DNA of 64,000 nt from Mobula birostris. Taxonomy: Eukaryota. Of the stretch, positions 33,913-47,539 are shown one piece after another (the first letter of the stretch is position 1; each line of letters opens with the position of its first letter). The notes beneath the pieces are model-generated. The model saw nothing but the letters and a program-made list of their open reading frames with translations. It made no database searches and was not told the origin of the DNA. The position numbers and the translations under genes are program-made. The stretch covers positions 19,385,792 through 19,449,791 of the forward strand of contig NC_092382.1 of the NCBI RefSeq assembly GCF_030028105.1, written 5' to 3'.

Positions 33913-36900
33913 ACCCGGGTGCCAAGGTCAAGGATGTCTCTGATCGATTGCATGACTTTCTGAAATGGGAGGGTGATCAGCCAGATGTCGTGGTGTACAT
34001 CGGTACCAATGACATAGCAACAATGAGTGAGGAGGTCCTGGAGAGTGAGTATAGAGAGCTTGGTAGGAAGTTGAAAAGCAGGACCTCGAGGGTGGTAATC
34101 TCAGGATTGTTACCTGTGCTAGGTGCCAGTGAGGGTAGGAATAGGATGATCTGGAGGATGAACAAGTGGCTGAGGAACTGGTGTAGGGGGCAGGGTTTCA
34201 GATTTTAGGATCATTAGGACCTCTTCTGAGGACCTGTACAAGAGAGACGGGTTACACTTGAACTACAGGGGAACCAATATCCTTTCAGGGAGTAGTGCTA
34301 TTGGGGAGGCTTTAAACTAGATTTGCAGGGGGATGGGAACCAGAGTGTCAGAGCTGACAGTGAGGCTGGGGTGAAAATAAATGATGTTAAAAGTTTAAGC
34401 AAATCCGCTAATAGAAAAGTTGTGAGTGGTGGTAAAAATCTTCTGAGGTGTATATATTTCAATGCTAGGAGTATTGCGGGGAAGGCAGACGAGTTGCGGA
34501 CGTGGATTGACACGTGGAATTATGACATTATAGCAATTAGTGAAACTTGGCTACAGGAGGGGCAGGACTGGCAGCTTAATATTCCAGTGTTCCCATGTTT
34601 CAGATGTGATAGAGGCAGAAGAATGAAAGGTGGGGGGCGGGGGTAGCATTGCCTGTCAGAGAAAATGTTACAGCAGTGCTCAGGCAGGACAGATTAGAGG
34701 GCTTGTCTACTGAGTCCTTATGGGTGGAGCTGAGAAACAGGAAAGGTATGGCCACATTAGTGGGCTTGTATTATAGACCACCCAATAGTCAGCGAGAATT
34801 GGATGAACAAATCTGCAGAGAGATAGCAGGCAACTGCAGGAAACATAAAGTTGTGGTGGTAGGGGATTTTAATTTTCCATATATTGATTGGGACTCCCAT
34901 ACTGTTAGGGGTTTAGATGGTTTAGCATTTGTAAAATGCGTTCAGGAAAGTTTTCGAAACCAATATATAGAGGGACCAACTAGAGGGGTTGCAATATTGG
35001 ATCTCCTGTTAGGAAACGAGTTGGGACAAGTGATGGAAGTCTGTGTAGGGTAGCATTTTGGTACCAGTCATCACAACACCATTAGTTTCAACTTGATCAT
35101 GGACAAGGATAGATCTGGTCCTAGGGTTGAGGTTCTAAACTGGAAGAAGGCCAAATTTGAAGAAATGAGAAAGATCGTAAAACGTGGATTGGGACAGGTT
35201 GTTCTCTGGCAAGATTGTGATCGATAAGTGGGAAGCATTCAAAGGAGAAATTTTGAGAGTGCAGAGCTTGTATGTTCCTGTCAGGATTAAAGGCAAAGTG
35301 AATAGGAATAAGGACCCTTCGTTCTCAAGGGATATTTCAACTCTGATAAAGAAGAAGAAAGAGTTGTATGACATGTATAGGAAACTGGGAGTAAATAAGG
35401 TGCTTGAGCAGTATAGAAAGTGCAAGAAAATACGTAAGAGGGAAATCAGGAGGGCTTAAAGAAGACATGAGGTTGCCTTGGCAGTCAAAGTGAAGGATAA
35501 TTCAAAGAACTTTTACAGGTATGTAAGAGTAAAACGATTGTAAGGGATAAAATTGGTCCTCTTGAAGATCAGAGTGGTTGGCTATGTGCGGAACCAAAAG
35601 AAATGGGGGAGATCTTAAACGTTTTTTTTGCGTCTGTATTTACTAAGGGAACTGGCATGAAGTCTGTGGAATTAAGGGAAACAAGTAGTGAGATCATGGA
35701 AACTGTACAGATCGAAAAGGAGGAGGTGCTTGCTGTCTTGAGGGAAATTAAAGTGGATAAATCCCCAGGACCTGACAGGGTATTCCCTCGGACCTTGAAG
35801 GAGACTAGTGTTGAAATTGCAGGGACCCTGGCAGATATATTTAAAATGTCAGTGTCTACGGGTGAGGTACCGGAGGATTGGAGAGTGGCTCATGTTGTTC
35901 CGTTGTTTTAAAAAGGATCGAAAATTAATCCTGGAAATTATAGGCCGGTATGTTTGACGTCGGTAGTGGGTAAGTTATTGGAGGGAGTACTAAGAGACAG
36001 AATCTACAAGCATTTGGATAGACAGGGGCTTATTAGGGAGAGTCAACACGGCTTTGTGCGTGGTAGGTCATGTTTGACCAATCTGTTGGAGTTTTTCGAG
36101 GAGGTTACCAGGAAAGTTGATGAAGGGAAGGCAGTGGATATTGTCTACATGGACGTCAGTAAGGCCTTTGACAAGGTCCCACATGGGAGGTTAGTTGGGA
36201 TAATTCAGTTGCTAGGTATACATGGAGAGGTGGTAAATTTGGATTAGACATTGGCTGAATGGAAAAAGCCAAAGAGTGGTGGTAGAGAATTGCTTCTCTG
36301 AGTGGAGGCCTTCGACCAGTTGTGTGCCACAGGGATCAGTGCTGGGTCCATTGTTATTTGTCATCTATATCAATGATCTGGATGATAAGGTGATAAATTG
36401 GATCAGCAAATTTGCTGATGATACAAAGATTGGAGGTGTAGTAGACAGTGAGGAAGGTTTTCAGAGCCTGCAGAGGGACTTGGACCAGCTGGAAAAATGG
36501 GCTGAAAAATGGCAGATGGAAATTAATACAGACAAGTGTGAGGTATTGCACTTTGAAAGGACAAACAAAGGTAGAATATACAGGGTAAATGGTAAGGCAC
36601 TGAGGAGTGCAGAGGGATATGGGAATACAGATACAAATTTCCCTAAAAGTGGTGTCACAGGTCATAGAGTTGTAAAGAGAACTTTTGGTACATTGGCCTT
36701 TATTAATCAAAGTATTGAGTATAAGAGCTTGAATGTTATGATGAGGTTGTATAAGGCATTGGTGATGCCGAATCTGGAGTATTGTGTTCAGTTTTGGTTA
36801 CCAAATTAAAGGAATAATATTAATACGTTTGAAAGAGTACAGAAAAGGTTTACAAGGATGTTGCCGGGACTTGAGAAACTCAGTTACAAAGTAAGGTGAA

Positions 36901-37327
36901 TAGGTTAGGACTTTATTCCCTGGAGAGTAGAAGAATGAGGGGAGATTTGATAGAGGTATATAAAATTATGATGGGTATAGACAGAGTGAATGCAAGCAGG
37001 CTTTTTCCACTGAGGCAAGGGGGAGAAAAAAAACAGAGGACATAGGTTAAGGGTGAGGGGGGAAAAGTTTAAAGGGAATATTGGGGGGGGGGCTTCTTCA
37101 CACTGAGAGTGGTGGGAGTATGGAATGAGCTGCCAGACAAAGTGGTAAATGTGGGTTCTTTTTTAACATTTAAGAATAAATTGGACAGATACATGGATGG
37201 GAGGTGTATGGAGGGATATGGTCCGTGTGCAGGTCAGTGGGACTAGGCAGAAAGTGGTTCGGCACAGCCAAGAAGGGGCAAAAGGCCTGTTTCTGTGCTG
37301 TAGTTTTTCTATGGTTTCTATAGTTTC
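33913..37327 (+). mobile_element. Near full-length degenerate CR1 LINE (ORF1 SGNH esterase, ORF2 APE endonuclease and RT)
   Basis: PDVVVYIGTNDI (SGNH), CIYFNARSI...[51 protein letters not shown]; several stops and frameshifts; TTCTATGGTTTCTA tail. Confidence 0.92.
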
Positions 37328-38090
37328 TCTGTCGCTGCAAGGAGAAAAGGTCGAGTTCACTCAGCCTATTTTGATAAGGCATGCTCCCCAATCCAGGCAA
37401 CATACTTGTAGATCTTCTCTGCACCCTTTCTATGGCTTCCACATCCGTCCTGTAGTGAGGCGACCAGAACCCCTAAGTGGGGTTTGACCAGGGTTCTATA
37501 TAACCGCAACATTACCTCTCGGGTTCTAAGTTCAATTCCACAATTGATGAAGACCAACACACAGTATGCTTTCTTAACCAAAATGTCAACCTGAGCAACC
37601 TTTTTGAGTGTCCTGTGGACTCGACCCCAAGATCCCTCTGATCCTCCACACTGCCAAGAGTCTTACCATTAATGCTATACTCTGCTATCATATTTGACCT
37701 ACCAAAATGAACCACCTCACACTTATCTGGGTTGAATTCCATTTGCCACTTCTCAGCCCAGTTTTGCATCCTATCAATGTCCCGCTGTAACTTCTGACAG
37801 CCCTCCACACTATCCACAACACCTCCAACCTTTGTGTCATCAGCAAACTTACTAACCCATCCCACCATTTCCTCATCCAGGTCATTTATAAAAATCACAA
37901 AGAGTAAGGGTCCCAGAACAGATCCCTGAGGCACACCACGGGCCACCGACCTCCATGCAGAATATGACCCATCTACAACCACTCTTTGCCTTCTGTGGGC
38001 AAGCCAGCTCTGGATCCACAAAGCAATGTCCCCTTGGATCCCATGCCTCCTTACTTTCTCAATAAGCCTTGCGTGAGGTATCTTATCCAG
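37328..38090 (-). mobile_element. CR1 RT fragment (5' part of the host element)
   Basis: DKIPHARL...[13 protein letters not shown]...FADDTK...WQMEFNPDKC. Confidence 0.88.
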
Positions 38091-38469
38091 TATGACACAC
38101 AATTCAGGCCCGAACATGAATTGTGCAGGTTTTATTCAAATCACTTCTATGTTTATAAACACTAATTTCTATCCACATTCCTCAGGCCTCACAGGACAGG
38201 AAAACTGAAACATCAAGTATGAAACAGCAGGAGGTGGCCATTCAGCCCCTCGAACCATCAAACAAGATGGCGACTGCTCTCCCATCTCAGCCACATTTTT
38301 CTGCTTGATCCTCATTTCCTCGATCCCTTCGGTCTCCACACATCGGCTGCCCTGTGTTTTATGTGAGGGCGGTCACTTATCCTTCATCGTCTTCCAAGAA
38401 TCAGTCTGGTGAATCTCTAAAACAAACACCCTCTGACTGTGAAGAAAATGCTCCATGGAATTAAATTCC

Positions 38470-40070
38470 GTCTTCTGCAGCCCCGTGTTGCCCCAACCAC
38501 TCACCTCCCACCCCCGTCACTATTTCCACCTTCCCACCTGCCCCTCACCTGGATCCACCTCTCACTCCCCAGCTCTTGCCCCATCCCCACCCCTCACCTC
38601 TTTTCTCGGACTATTTCCCGTCCACTCTCAGTCCAGAGGGAGGGTCTCGGCCCGAAATGTTGACGGTCCATTTCCCTCCACAGATGCTGCCCGACCCACT
38701 GAGTTCCTCCGGCAGTTTGTTCTTTGGTCTGTGTGACCCGTGTTAGTGTGGGGAGCGGGATTTTACACCATATTCCAGGTACAATCTCAACAAATCCCAA
38801 ATAATTGTTACGGTAATTACCATACTTAAACACGATGGAAGCTTGTAAATGCTGAAAATCGAAAGCAACACACACAAAATGCTGGAGGAACTCAGCACAA
38901 CAGGCAGACCACGAGCCTTTTTGGACAACGAGCATTTTTCATTACTGGGGTTGGGGGGGTGTAAGATATCTGAATGAAAAGGTCGGGGAGGAGAAAGAGG
39001 CCAGCTGGAGGGTGACAGGTGACGTCAGGTGATGGGCAGGTCAAGGGCTGGAGATAAAATAATAGGAGTGTTATCAATAAGAGAAAGGGAAGGAGGGGAC
39101 CCAGCAGGAAGTCATCGGCTCGTGAGCAGAAATGAAAGTTCAGAGTGGGGAATAGAGAAGTGTGTTGCGGGGGTGGGGGTGGGGGAGTTTGTTTACTGGA
39201 AGGAGAATTCAATCAGGTTGGAGGATACACAGACTGAATATAAGGTGTTGCTCCTCCGCCCTGAGGACGGTCTCATCTTGGCACAAGAGCAGGCCATTGA
39301 TCGAGACGTCGGAATGGGAATCAGAATTAAAATGTTTGATCACTGCAAAGTCCCCCTTGTGGGACATGATACAGAGATGCTCGACAAAACGGTCTCCCAA
39401 TTTATGGCGGGTCTCACCAATGCAAATGAGACCGCATCGGGAGCACGGAACACAATAGATGATCCCAGCAGATTCGCAGGTGAAGTGTTGCCTCACCTGG
39501 AAGGCCTGTTTTGTGTCTGAATGGAGGTGAGGGAGGAGGTGTACCGGTAAGTGTAGCACTCAGGCCATTTGTAGGGATAAGTGGCTGGAGGCAGATTAGT
39601 GAGGAGGGATGAATGGACAAGAGAAATGTGGAGGGAGTGATCCGTGTTGAAGGAAGAGGTCGGGGTTGCAGCGAGGAAGGTTAAAATAAGTTTAGTTGTA
39701 AGATCTCTGGAGATGGTGGAGGATGCAGAGGCTTAAAGAGCGGTAGGTAAGGACAAGGGGAATTCTATCACTAGGACGGCTGTAGGAAGATGGGATGAGA
39801 ACTGATGTACGGGAAATGGAGTTGATGCAGCAGAAGAAAGCATCAATAGCGGAGGGAGGACAGCCACACCCTGGAACAGATGCAGCGGAAGCATTGAAAC
39901 TGAGGAACGGGAAGAGCATTTTGCAGGTGCTAAGTTGGGAAGAGGTACGGTCGAGATTATCATGGGAATCAGGAGGTTTATAGAAGATGTTGGTTGACAA
40001 TCTGTCTCCAGAGATGGAGACAGGGAGATCAGGAAAAGGGATGAAGTGTCAGAGATGGGCCAACGTATAC
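38470..40070 (-). mobile_element. Penelope-like element (RT thumb, GIY-YIG endonuclease, terminal repeat) with an inverted terminal fragment at 38470-38735
   Basis: STNIFYKPPDSHD...; FTCESAGIIYCVPCSRCGLICIGETRHKLGDRFVEHL...HFNS...EEQHLIF. Confidence 0.85.
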
Positions 40071-40269
40071 CCAATAACTTTTGCAATATATTCAATGTAT
40101 CTTTGACCTCCTTTCCTACCTACTGCACCTCAGTCCCTCACCATTTAAACCACATTCTGTGCTTCTGTTTCTCCTACTGAAGTGGGTGATCTCACATTCC
40201 CCACACTGGGCTCCGGCTGACCTGCTGTTCCCACTCACTCCTTTACCCCGAAACCTCTCGGCAACAGAC

Positions 40270-40705
40270 ACAGAACATAGAGCAGCACAGCTCAGGAACA
40301 GGCCCTTCAGCCCAAGTGTTGTGCCGAACCAATTAAATTAGTAATCAAATATCCAACTGAAATAATTCTTTCTGCCTGCACAATGCCTACAATCCTTCCA
40401 TTTCCCTGACATTCACTAGCCAATCTAAACATCTCTTACAAGTCCCCAATATATCTGCCTCTACCACCACCCCAGGCTGCATATTCCAGCCACTCCACTC
40501 TCTATGGGGAAAAAAAACTTGCCCCTCACATCTCCTTTGAAAATACCCCAACTAATTTAAATGCATGCCGTCCGGCATTAGACATTTCAACCCTGGGGGA
40601 AAGATATTGTCTATCTACTTTAGCTATGCTTTTCATAATCTTATAAACCTCTATCCAGTCTCACCCCAGCCTGCACCACTCTGCGGAAACAATCCAGGTT
40701 TTACA
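40270..40705 (-). mobile_element. Old CR1 3' end
   Basis: Reverse complement resembles the CR1 C-terminus and 3' UTR (GGGCTGAAGGGCCTGTT...TCTATGTTCT). Confidence 0.65.
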
Positions 40706-41479
40706 GTGGAATGATTTAAGTTTCCTGGGACATGGACTTGTGTAGAACACTTAATTTAAGTTAATTCTACTACAGCACAGAGTATGTTCAAACACTCGTT
40801 ACAGCTCATGCCTTACAACCAATCTCCACCCACCTGACTGGAAACTCTGCTTCATTGCAGAAGGAGGAACATCCAGCCTCATCTGCAGAAACACAAACCT
40901 GGGCCAAAGACAAAGCCCAAACACTGCCAGTTCCGCATTTCTGAAGTCCCATCACAGGATTATAGCCCAAGCACCAACATTCCCGGGACTCTTTCCTGTC
41001 GGTAATATGCTGCAGCATCTTGGCTATTCTCAGTTCTAAAATTAACACTCCCCTCCATCCCATAACAGCACTGGAACCTGGTGATGCGTTAACTGGGCGG
41101 GGATCCTGGGCTGTGCTCACCAGCAGGTGGGAATATATTTTAATTTGTCTCCAGCAGGTAAATTTGGCACATTTGTTCATTATGTTATTGCCGAGTGGGA
41201 TCTGGAGCAGCGCATTTCGCACCACAATTCCGTAGTGAAACAATAACAAAATGCTTTTAATGTAAAATTGAAAATAAGTCACCAGAAACTCAGTACAGTT
41301 TTTTTTTTTGGTTTTTGATGGACAAATATTGACTGAATTCAAGATGTTTGTGGTATCCTGAAGAGTCTTGCATAAATGCAATCTCCACTTTCAGTATTTA
41401 ACTCTTCATTCCAACACAGGCATCATATACAATATTCCATACAGTAAATGCCCAACACATCCCCGCCTCAACACCACCT

Positions 41480-41730
41480 CCAGAAAACACTGTCTCTCTG
41501 CTGAGGGGCAGTGACCAGAGAGTGACAGAAACGTTTAACACTCTTTGCAGCTCTGGCGGGCTGTTACCCTGGTGATGGAGGAAGTGTCTCAGCAGAACTA
41601 ACTGAATTTAGGAAATCAGGAACAACCTCACATGCTCTGAGTTTCATTATGACGAAGATGAATACTGAGTTCTCAGCCCATCTGTAATGGGAAAACTTAA
41701 ATTCCAGTGCTTGTTTTAACCCTGTCTTGA
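41480..41730 (-). promoter_or_regulatory. Conserved module, copy 2
   Basis: GTTACCCTGGTGAT-GGAGGAAGTG at 41563-41586; aligns to 30740-30980. Confidence 0.4.
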
Positions 41731-42149
41731 GGTGCATCCAGTAAATTTGTTTGTAGTACGCAATCACAGAAGAGTATTGACAATGATCGGTGTCATCTGT
41801 CTTGTAAAGATATTGTCTGGGAGAAGGCAATGATAAAGCACTCCTGTTGCAAAAATTGCCGAACACTCATTATCATAGAAAGACCATGATCACCTATATC
41901 ATAGCAATAAAAGGAATATAAGCTGGCAACTTGTTAGTGCAAGTGGTTCAGATGGGACATTCGGGTGGGTTTCTGAAATTAATATGTATATTGTCCAACA
42001 AGAGCAGAAGCTGTACTCTATCTGGCGTTGGGCAATGAACCTGGCCGGCTGACCTATCTTTCAGACAACACAGTTGCCACAACTGCTGAAGTTTTACGAT
42101 AGCTACAGATAAGGACAAGCATGGAGCTTGTGAAAGACTATTAAAGCGG

Positions 42150-44250
42150 AGCAGGTTACATTACCAGAGCGTTGTGCAGGAATTAGAGACAGTTAAGTAG
42201 AATCAGTTGTTTTTGGGCAAGTCAATACCGGATATGTGGAGTGTGTTTGAAGTCTAACTACACAGAGCACAGGACAGGTATGTTCCAGTCAGGAGGAAGG
42301 ACAAGGATAGCAAGGTAAGAGAACCGTGGATGTCGAGGGAGATCATGAATGTAGTGCAGAATAAACAGGAACAGTAGATAAAGCTGAGGAAGCTAGCATC
42401 AAACAGGGACTTGCAGGATTATAAAGAAGCCAGAAAAGAACTTAGGAGGGGAGTTAAGAAAGCCAGGAGAGGCCACGAAAAGTCTTTGGTTAGTGGGATT
42501 AAAGAGAATCCCAAGGAATTGTGTACATACATCAGGAGAAGAGGATAACAAGGAGGAAGTGGGACCACACAAGGCTAAAGTGACTGGTGGGGAGGCGTGG
42601 GGGGAACACTTGCTTGGGTGCGAAGGATGTGGCTGAGGTCCATAATGAGTTCGCTTAATCAATATTTACCAAAGAGAAGGACGTGGAGGATATGGAGATC
42701 ATTGGCAAGAGTATTAAAATGCTGAGACGTTGGGAAGTATAGGAGGAGGCAGTGCTGGGTAACTTAAATAGCAATAAGTTGGATAACTCCCTCGTACCTG
42801 ATAGAATATACCCCCAGGTAATTGATAGGAAAGTGAAGAGACTGCTAGGGCCTTGAGCAATATCATTGTATCCTCCATAGCCACAGGCGAGGTCCTGGAG
42901 GACTGGTGAGAAGCTCATGTTGCTCCTTTGTTCAAGAAGGAAATCAGGTATAATCCTGGACACTATAGACCGGTAAGTCGCACGTCGTCAGCAGGGAAGG
43001 TAACGAAGAGTATTTGTCTAATTAGGGAGAGCCAGCATGGCCTTCTGTGGGGAAAATTGTGTCTTACAACATTGATTGATTTTATTGATAAGGTGATGAC
43101 GATGATTGATGAAGGTAGAGCTATGATTGTTATTTCAACACATCTCAGAAAGGCATTTCGCAAGGTCACACATGGGAGGCTCACCCGGAAGGTAAGGTAC
43201 ATGGGATCAGTGGTGAATTGGATTTAGAACTGGCTTGCCCATTGAAGACAGCGGGTGGTGGTCGAAGGGAACTATTCCAGCTGTTCCGCAGATTCAGATA
43301 TATTTAACCGATCTGGCTGAAAATGTACACCGGTGTGGATAGCACAGATGACTGGCGTACAATACAGCGGGACGTACTGTAGATTAACTGCAATATGGGC
43401 AGAGAAATGGCAGATGGAGTTGTTCCAGGCAAACGTGAAGTGTCGCACCTTGGTAGGTCAAATAAAAAGAGACTGTAGACTGTTAAATGCAAGACACTTA
43501 ACAGGGGCTGATAAGCAGAAAGATGTTGTGATTCAGATCAAAGCTCCCTGAAATTGGCTATGCAGGTTCATTAGGTGATTACGAACGCATATGGAATGCC
43601 TGATCTTATTATTCGAGGTATTGAGTTCAAAAGTCAGGGAGTTATGTTGCAACTGATAAATCTCTAGTCAGGCCACATCTGGAGTATCGCAAACTGTTCT
43701 GGTTATCTGACTCTAGGAAGGATGTTGAGGCTTTGGAGAGAATGCAGAAGAGGTTTACAAGGATATTGCCCAGATTGTAGGGCATGTGGTTGTACAAACT
43801 TGCGTGGTTTTCTCTGGAGCGGGAGAGTGTGAGGTGAAATTTGATAGAGGGTTATAAGACCATGAGAGGCATAAATAGAGTAGGTAGACAGGATCTTTGT
43901 TGAGTGGCTGAAATATATAATACCATAGAATATGTAGTTAATGTGAGAGGGAGTGAGTCCAGAGAAGAAAGGCAACGTCTGTGTAAAAGACAAGTACGTT
44001 TACACAATCTGGGGGCACCGAGAATGAACGCTTTTGTGATGGTAGAAGCAGATACAATAAGAATTTTTAAGAGACTCTTAGATCAGCACATGAATGTGAG
44101 GAAAATAGAAGAATATGGATATATTGAATGCATAATGGATTACTATAGATGGCCATTTGATTACTACTTTACCTGCCTTCCAGAGAGTTGTGTACATTGT
44201 TGCCCGAAGGGTCTGTCCCTGTGCTATACTATTCTATCTTCTGTGTCTAT
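42150..44250 (+). mobile_element. Highly degenerate CR1 LINE
   Basis: [47 protein letters not shown]. Confidence 0.75.
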
Positions 44251-44319
44251 GTTATATAATATTGTTACAGCTACAATGCTTCAATGCGATTTTCAGTTCA
44301 CTGTGCTGTTTTAACATAC

Positions 44320-44524
44320 CGAGCTCCAGAACCGTCAGCACTTTGTCCAAATTTGCCAGCCCATTCCTCATTTCCACAAAGGATTCCAACATCACTCCCT
44401 GGGGACGGAGGGATCCCGACAGAAGGAGGGAGAGCGGGGATGAAGGTGGTGTGAGAGGGGGCGGACAGGATGTTTGTCCCGGCGGGGACAGGAGGGGCTC
44501 ATCTGTGGAAATGTCTGAGTCCAT
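44320..44524 (-). CDS. Candidate first coding exon: Pro/Ser-rich leader fused to a paralogous C-terminal part of the NLR death-fold exon
   Basis: GCCACCACCATGG Kozak; MDSDISTDEPLLSPPGQTSCPPPLTPPSSPLSLLLSGSLRPQGVMLESFVEMRNGLANLDKVLTVLEL; gapless nucleotide similarity of 44337-44408 to 24455-24526; phase-1 G|GTATGT donor. Confidence 0.5.
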
Positions 44525-45149
44525 GGTGGTGGCGAGCAGAGGGATTTACCACACTGGGGGCAAATACTGGCAAACTACTGACCTGCAAGTGGGGCCAAAA
44601 ATCCGGGCAAAGTGGATTGGAGTGGTTTTGGAGAACACGGGTAGATCGGCCCCACATTTTATTGAATGACAGGACGGACTGGAGTGGCCGAGTGGCCTGG
44701 TCCTGTTCCTGCTGTCTGTGTGTTTAAGAAGAAGGTATAACCAGACAGTTCTTGGGCCTGCAGGATGTCCCAGTGTGTGTGTTGTAACTTAAGGACCGGT
44801 GCTTGGAGACCAGTTGTTCCCAAACTGTGTCAACAATTTGGCTGAGGGACAAAATTCGGCATTTCCAAGTCTGTTGTTGACACAAAATGCATATTTATAT
44901 ATTAATCATGACATAAAATGTGTATTTGTACTCAGCTAATGAAATAAAAATTCATATTTGTGGATTGTTAATGACATAAAGCCTATATTTCTATATTATT
45001 AATGACAGAAAATTGTATAATTGATGTTCTGTGTGTTATCTGCATGTAGTTTCCTGTGCTGCTGCTGCAAGTCAGTGTTTCTCTGTCCCTGTACCTTCCC
45101 GTACTTGTGCACTTGGCAATAAATTCAACATGACATGAGACAACTCAGA

Positions 45150-45900
45150 GAAATTTGATTAATAATGATCATGTTGGCAACTCAGCAGGTCGAAATTAAA
45201 GGGACAGTACACTGTTAAATGAAAGATCCTGGATAATGTCGATGATCAGAAGCATCTTGGAGTCTAAGTTCATCGCTCCCTGAAAGTGGCCACACAGATT
45301 GATAGAGTGGCTAAGAAGGCAAATGGTATGCTTACCTTTATTAGTCAAAGCATTGAGTTCCAAAGTCAGGAAGTTATGTTGCAGCTTTATCAAGCAGTAT
45401 TCGGCCTCAGCTGGAGTATTTCATACACTTCTGGTCACCCCATTCTAGGAAGGATGTAGGGGCTTAGAAGAGGTTGCAGAAGAGTTTTGCCAGGATATTC
45501 TCCGGATTAGAGGACTTGAGCTATAACGAGAGTTTGGACAAACCCATTTTTTTTTCCCTCTGGAGCCCTGCAGGCTGTTGCTATACTCGCAGAAGGAATG
45601 TAGGAGTAGGATACTTATAGATAGAGGAGACAGACAGTATCTTTTTCCCAGGTTTGAGATGTCTTAAACAAGAGACCATGCATTTGAGGTGAAAACGGGT
45701 GATTTTAAAAGCGATGTGAGGGAGAAGCTCTTCCACACAGAGAACTGTGAGCAGCTGGAATGTGCTGTTTGGGTAATGGTAGATGCAGATACATTAGAGG
45801 CCTTGAAGAACCAGTTACACAGGCAGATTGAAGTGAAGGAAATGGAAGAATATAGACACTGTGTAGGCAAAAAAGATTAGTTTAGTTGGATGTTTATTAG
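45150..45900 (+). mobile_element. Degenerate CR1 3' fragment
   Basis: Remnants of KKANGML.FISQSIEFQSQEVML and .PHSRKDV. Confidence 0.65.
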
Positions 45901-45914
45901 TATTTTTTTTCCGA

Positions 45915-46545
45915 AAGCAACAGACACAGCGTGTTGGAGAAACTGAGCAGGTCAGGCGGCATCTCTGGGCAATAGCCAACCGTTGACGATTCAGGCTGAG
46001 GCCATTCTTCAGGACTGAAATGGAAGGAGAGAAGTCAGAATAAATAATGGTGGGGGAGTGGAGGAAGTAGTACAAGGTCGCAGGCGATTGGTGAAGCAAA
46101 GATCTAGAAAGTTGATTGGTGAAAGAGATAAAGGGCTGGGGAAGGGGTAATCTGATATGAGAGGGGTAGAAACCATGGATAGAAATGAAGGGGGAGGAGC
46201 ACCAGAGGGAGGTTATGGGCAGGTAAACAGATAATGGGGAATGGTGAGGGAGGGGGTGGGCAGTTACCGGAAATTCGAAAAATCGAAGTTCATGGCGACA
46301 GCTTGAAGACTGCCCAAACGGAATACAGTATGAGGTGTTGTTCCTTCAACCTGAGTCCGCCCCCATCGCGGCAGCAGAGGAGGTCATGGACTGACATGTC
46401 GGAATGGGAATGGGAAGTGGAATTAAAATGGGTGGCCACAGGGAGATCCCTCTTTTTTTGACGAAGCAGTCTCCAGTCTACGTCGGGTTTCACTGATACA
46501 CAGGAGGCCACACCAGGAGCAACGGATACAGTAGATGACCCCAAC
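45915..46545 (-). mobile_element. Penelope-like fragment (GIY-YIG C-terminus and terminal repeat)
   Basis: DLPVATHFNSTSHSHSDMSVHDLLCC...LRLKEQHLI; decayed hammerhead at about 45985-46017. An inverted partner lies at 46560-46680 and 47280-47535. Confidence 0.75.
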
Positions 46546-46679
46546 GGGAGAAATACCGATTTCTCCTTCCGATGATCAAAATTTTAACCTCTCCCCTTTC
46601 CCTATTCTACACTCTGACCTTTTACTTCTTCTCACCTCCTACTAATACCCTCTGCACTCCTCCCCCCGTCACATTCTCC

Positions 46680-46768
46680 TGTTACCAGAGTACTGTGAGT
46701 GTTACTTTAAGAGCGCCTGAGTAAGGCGGGACTATGACGTCAGTCACAGGCTGCAGCAGCCGGCTGCG

Positions 46769-46819
<51 letters not shown>

Positions 46820-47275
46820 CAGAGACAGACACTGACTGACTGTTGGAACTTCAGCTTGTCACTGCTATGGTTTGGAACTCTCTGATGCCCAAAAGATTGG
46901 ATTGATTATCGGCACGCAGTGCACAATTGATGTGTGACTGTCTCTTCGTATAATCCATTTGTGTGGATTTCCTGGAGTAACCTGTGGTATCACTTTTGTT
47001 GGCTCTTTACCTGGAATCAGGGTGTTAAGTGAAGACGATACTCTTGTGACTGTCACCTGGTGATTTCTCTAAGTAGATTTCGGAACGATTCAACGGACAA
47101 GATCTTCAACGATTGTTATTTCACTTACCAGCGTGGAACCTGTGATTCTTCGTATCGCCTTCTCTCTGCGTACCTCTATGTGGATTACAAATCTCTCTCC
47201 CATCATCTGTTTTACTTTGCCATCTGAATCTTAAGACTTTAAGAATTGTTCCTAAACTTGATTGTTTGTAAGCCC
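46680..47275 (+). mobile_element. Possible solo or truncated LTR with internal (GA)n
   Basis: Starts TGTTAC, interrupts a Penelope terminal repeat, contains a GC box, TGACGTCA and a GA/GACA microsatellite at 46772-46830; no clear CA end. Confidence 0.35.
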
Positions 47276-47539
47276 TGGGCCCCCTTCTCCATCACTTTCT
47301 CCTATTGTCCATTCTCTTCTCCTTTCAGATTCTTTCTTCTCCAGCACTTTCCCACCCACCTGATTTTCCTTATCCCCTTCCAGAAGGCCTCTTTGCGCAC
47401 CCACTACCTTTTAATTTAGGCATCTCCCCTCTTCAGTCTCAGTCCTAAAGAAGGGGCTCGGTCCGAAATGTATCTGTTTACTCTTTTCCGTAGGTACTAC
47501 CTGACCTGCCGAGTTTCTCAAGAATTTTGTAAGTTTTCA

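Noticed and set aside
40806-41381. 191-aa minus-strand ORF
   Set aside because: No domain similarity, and no comparable ORF in the homologous block at 58.0-58.5 kb.
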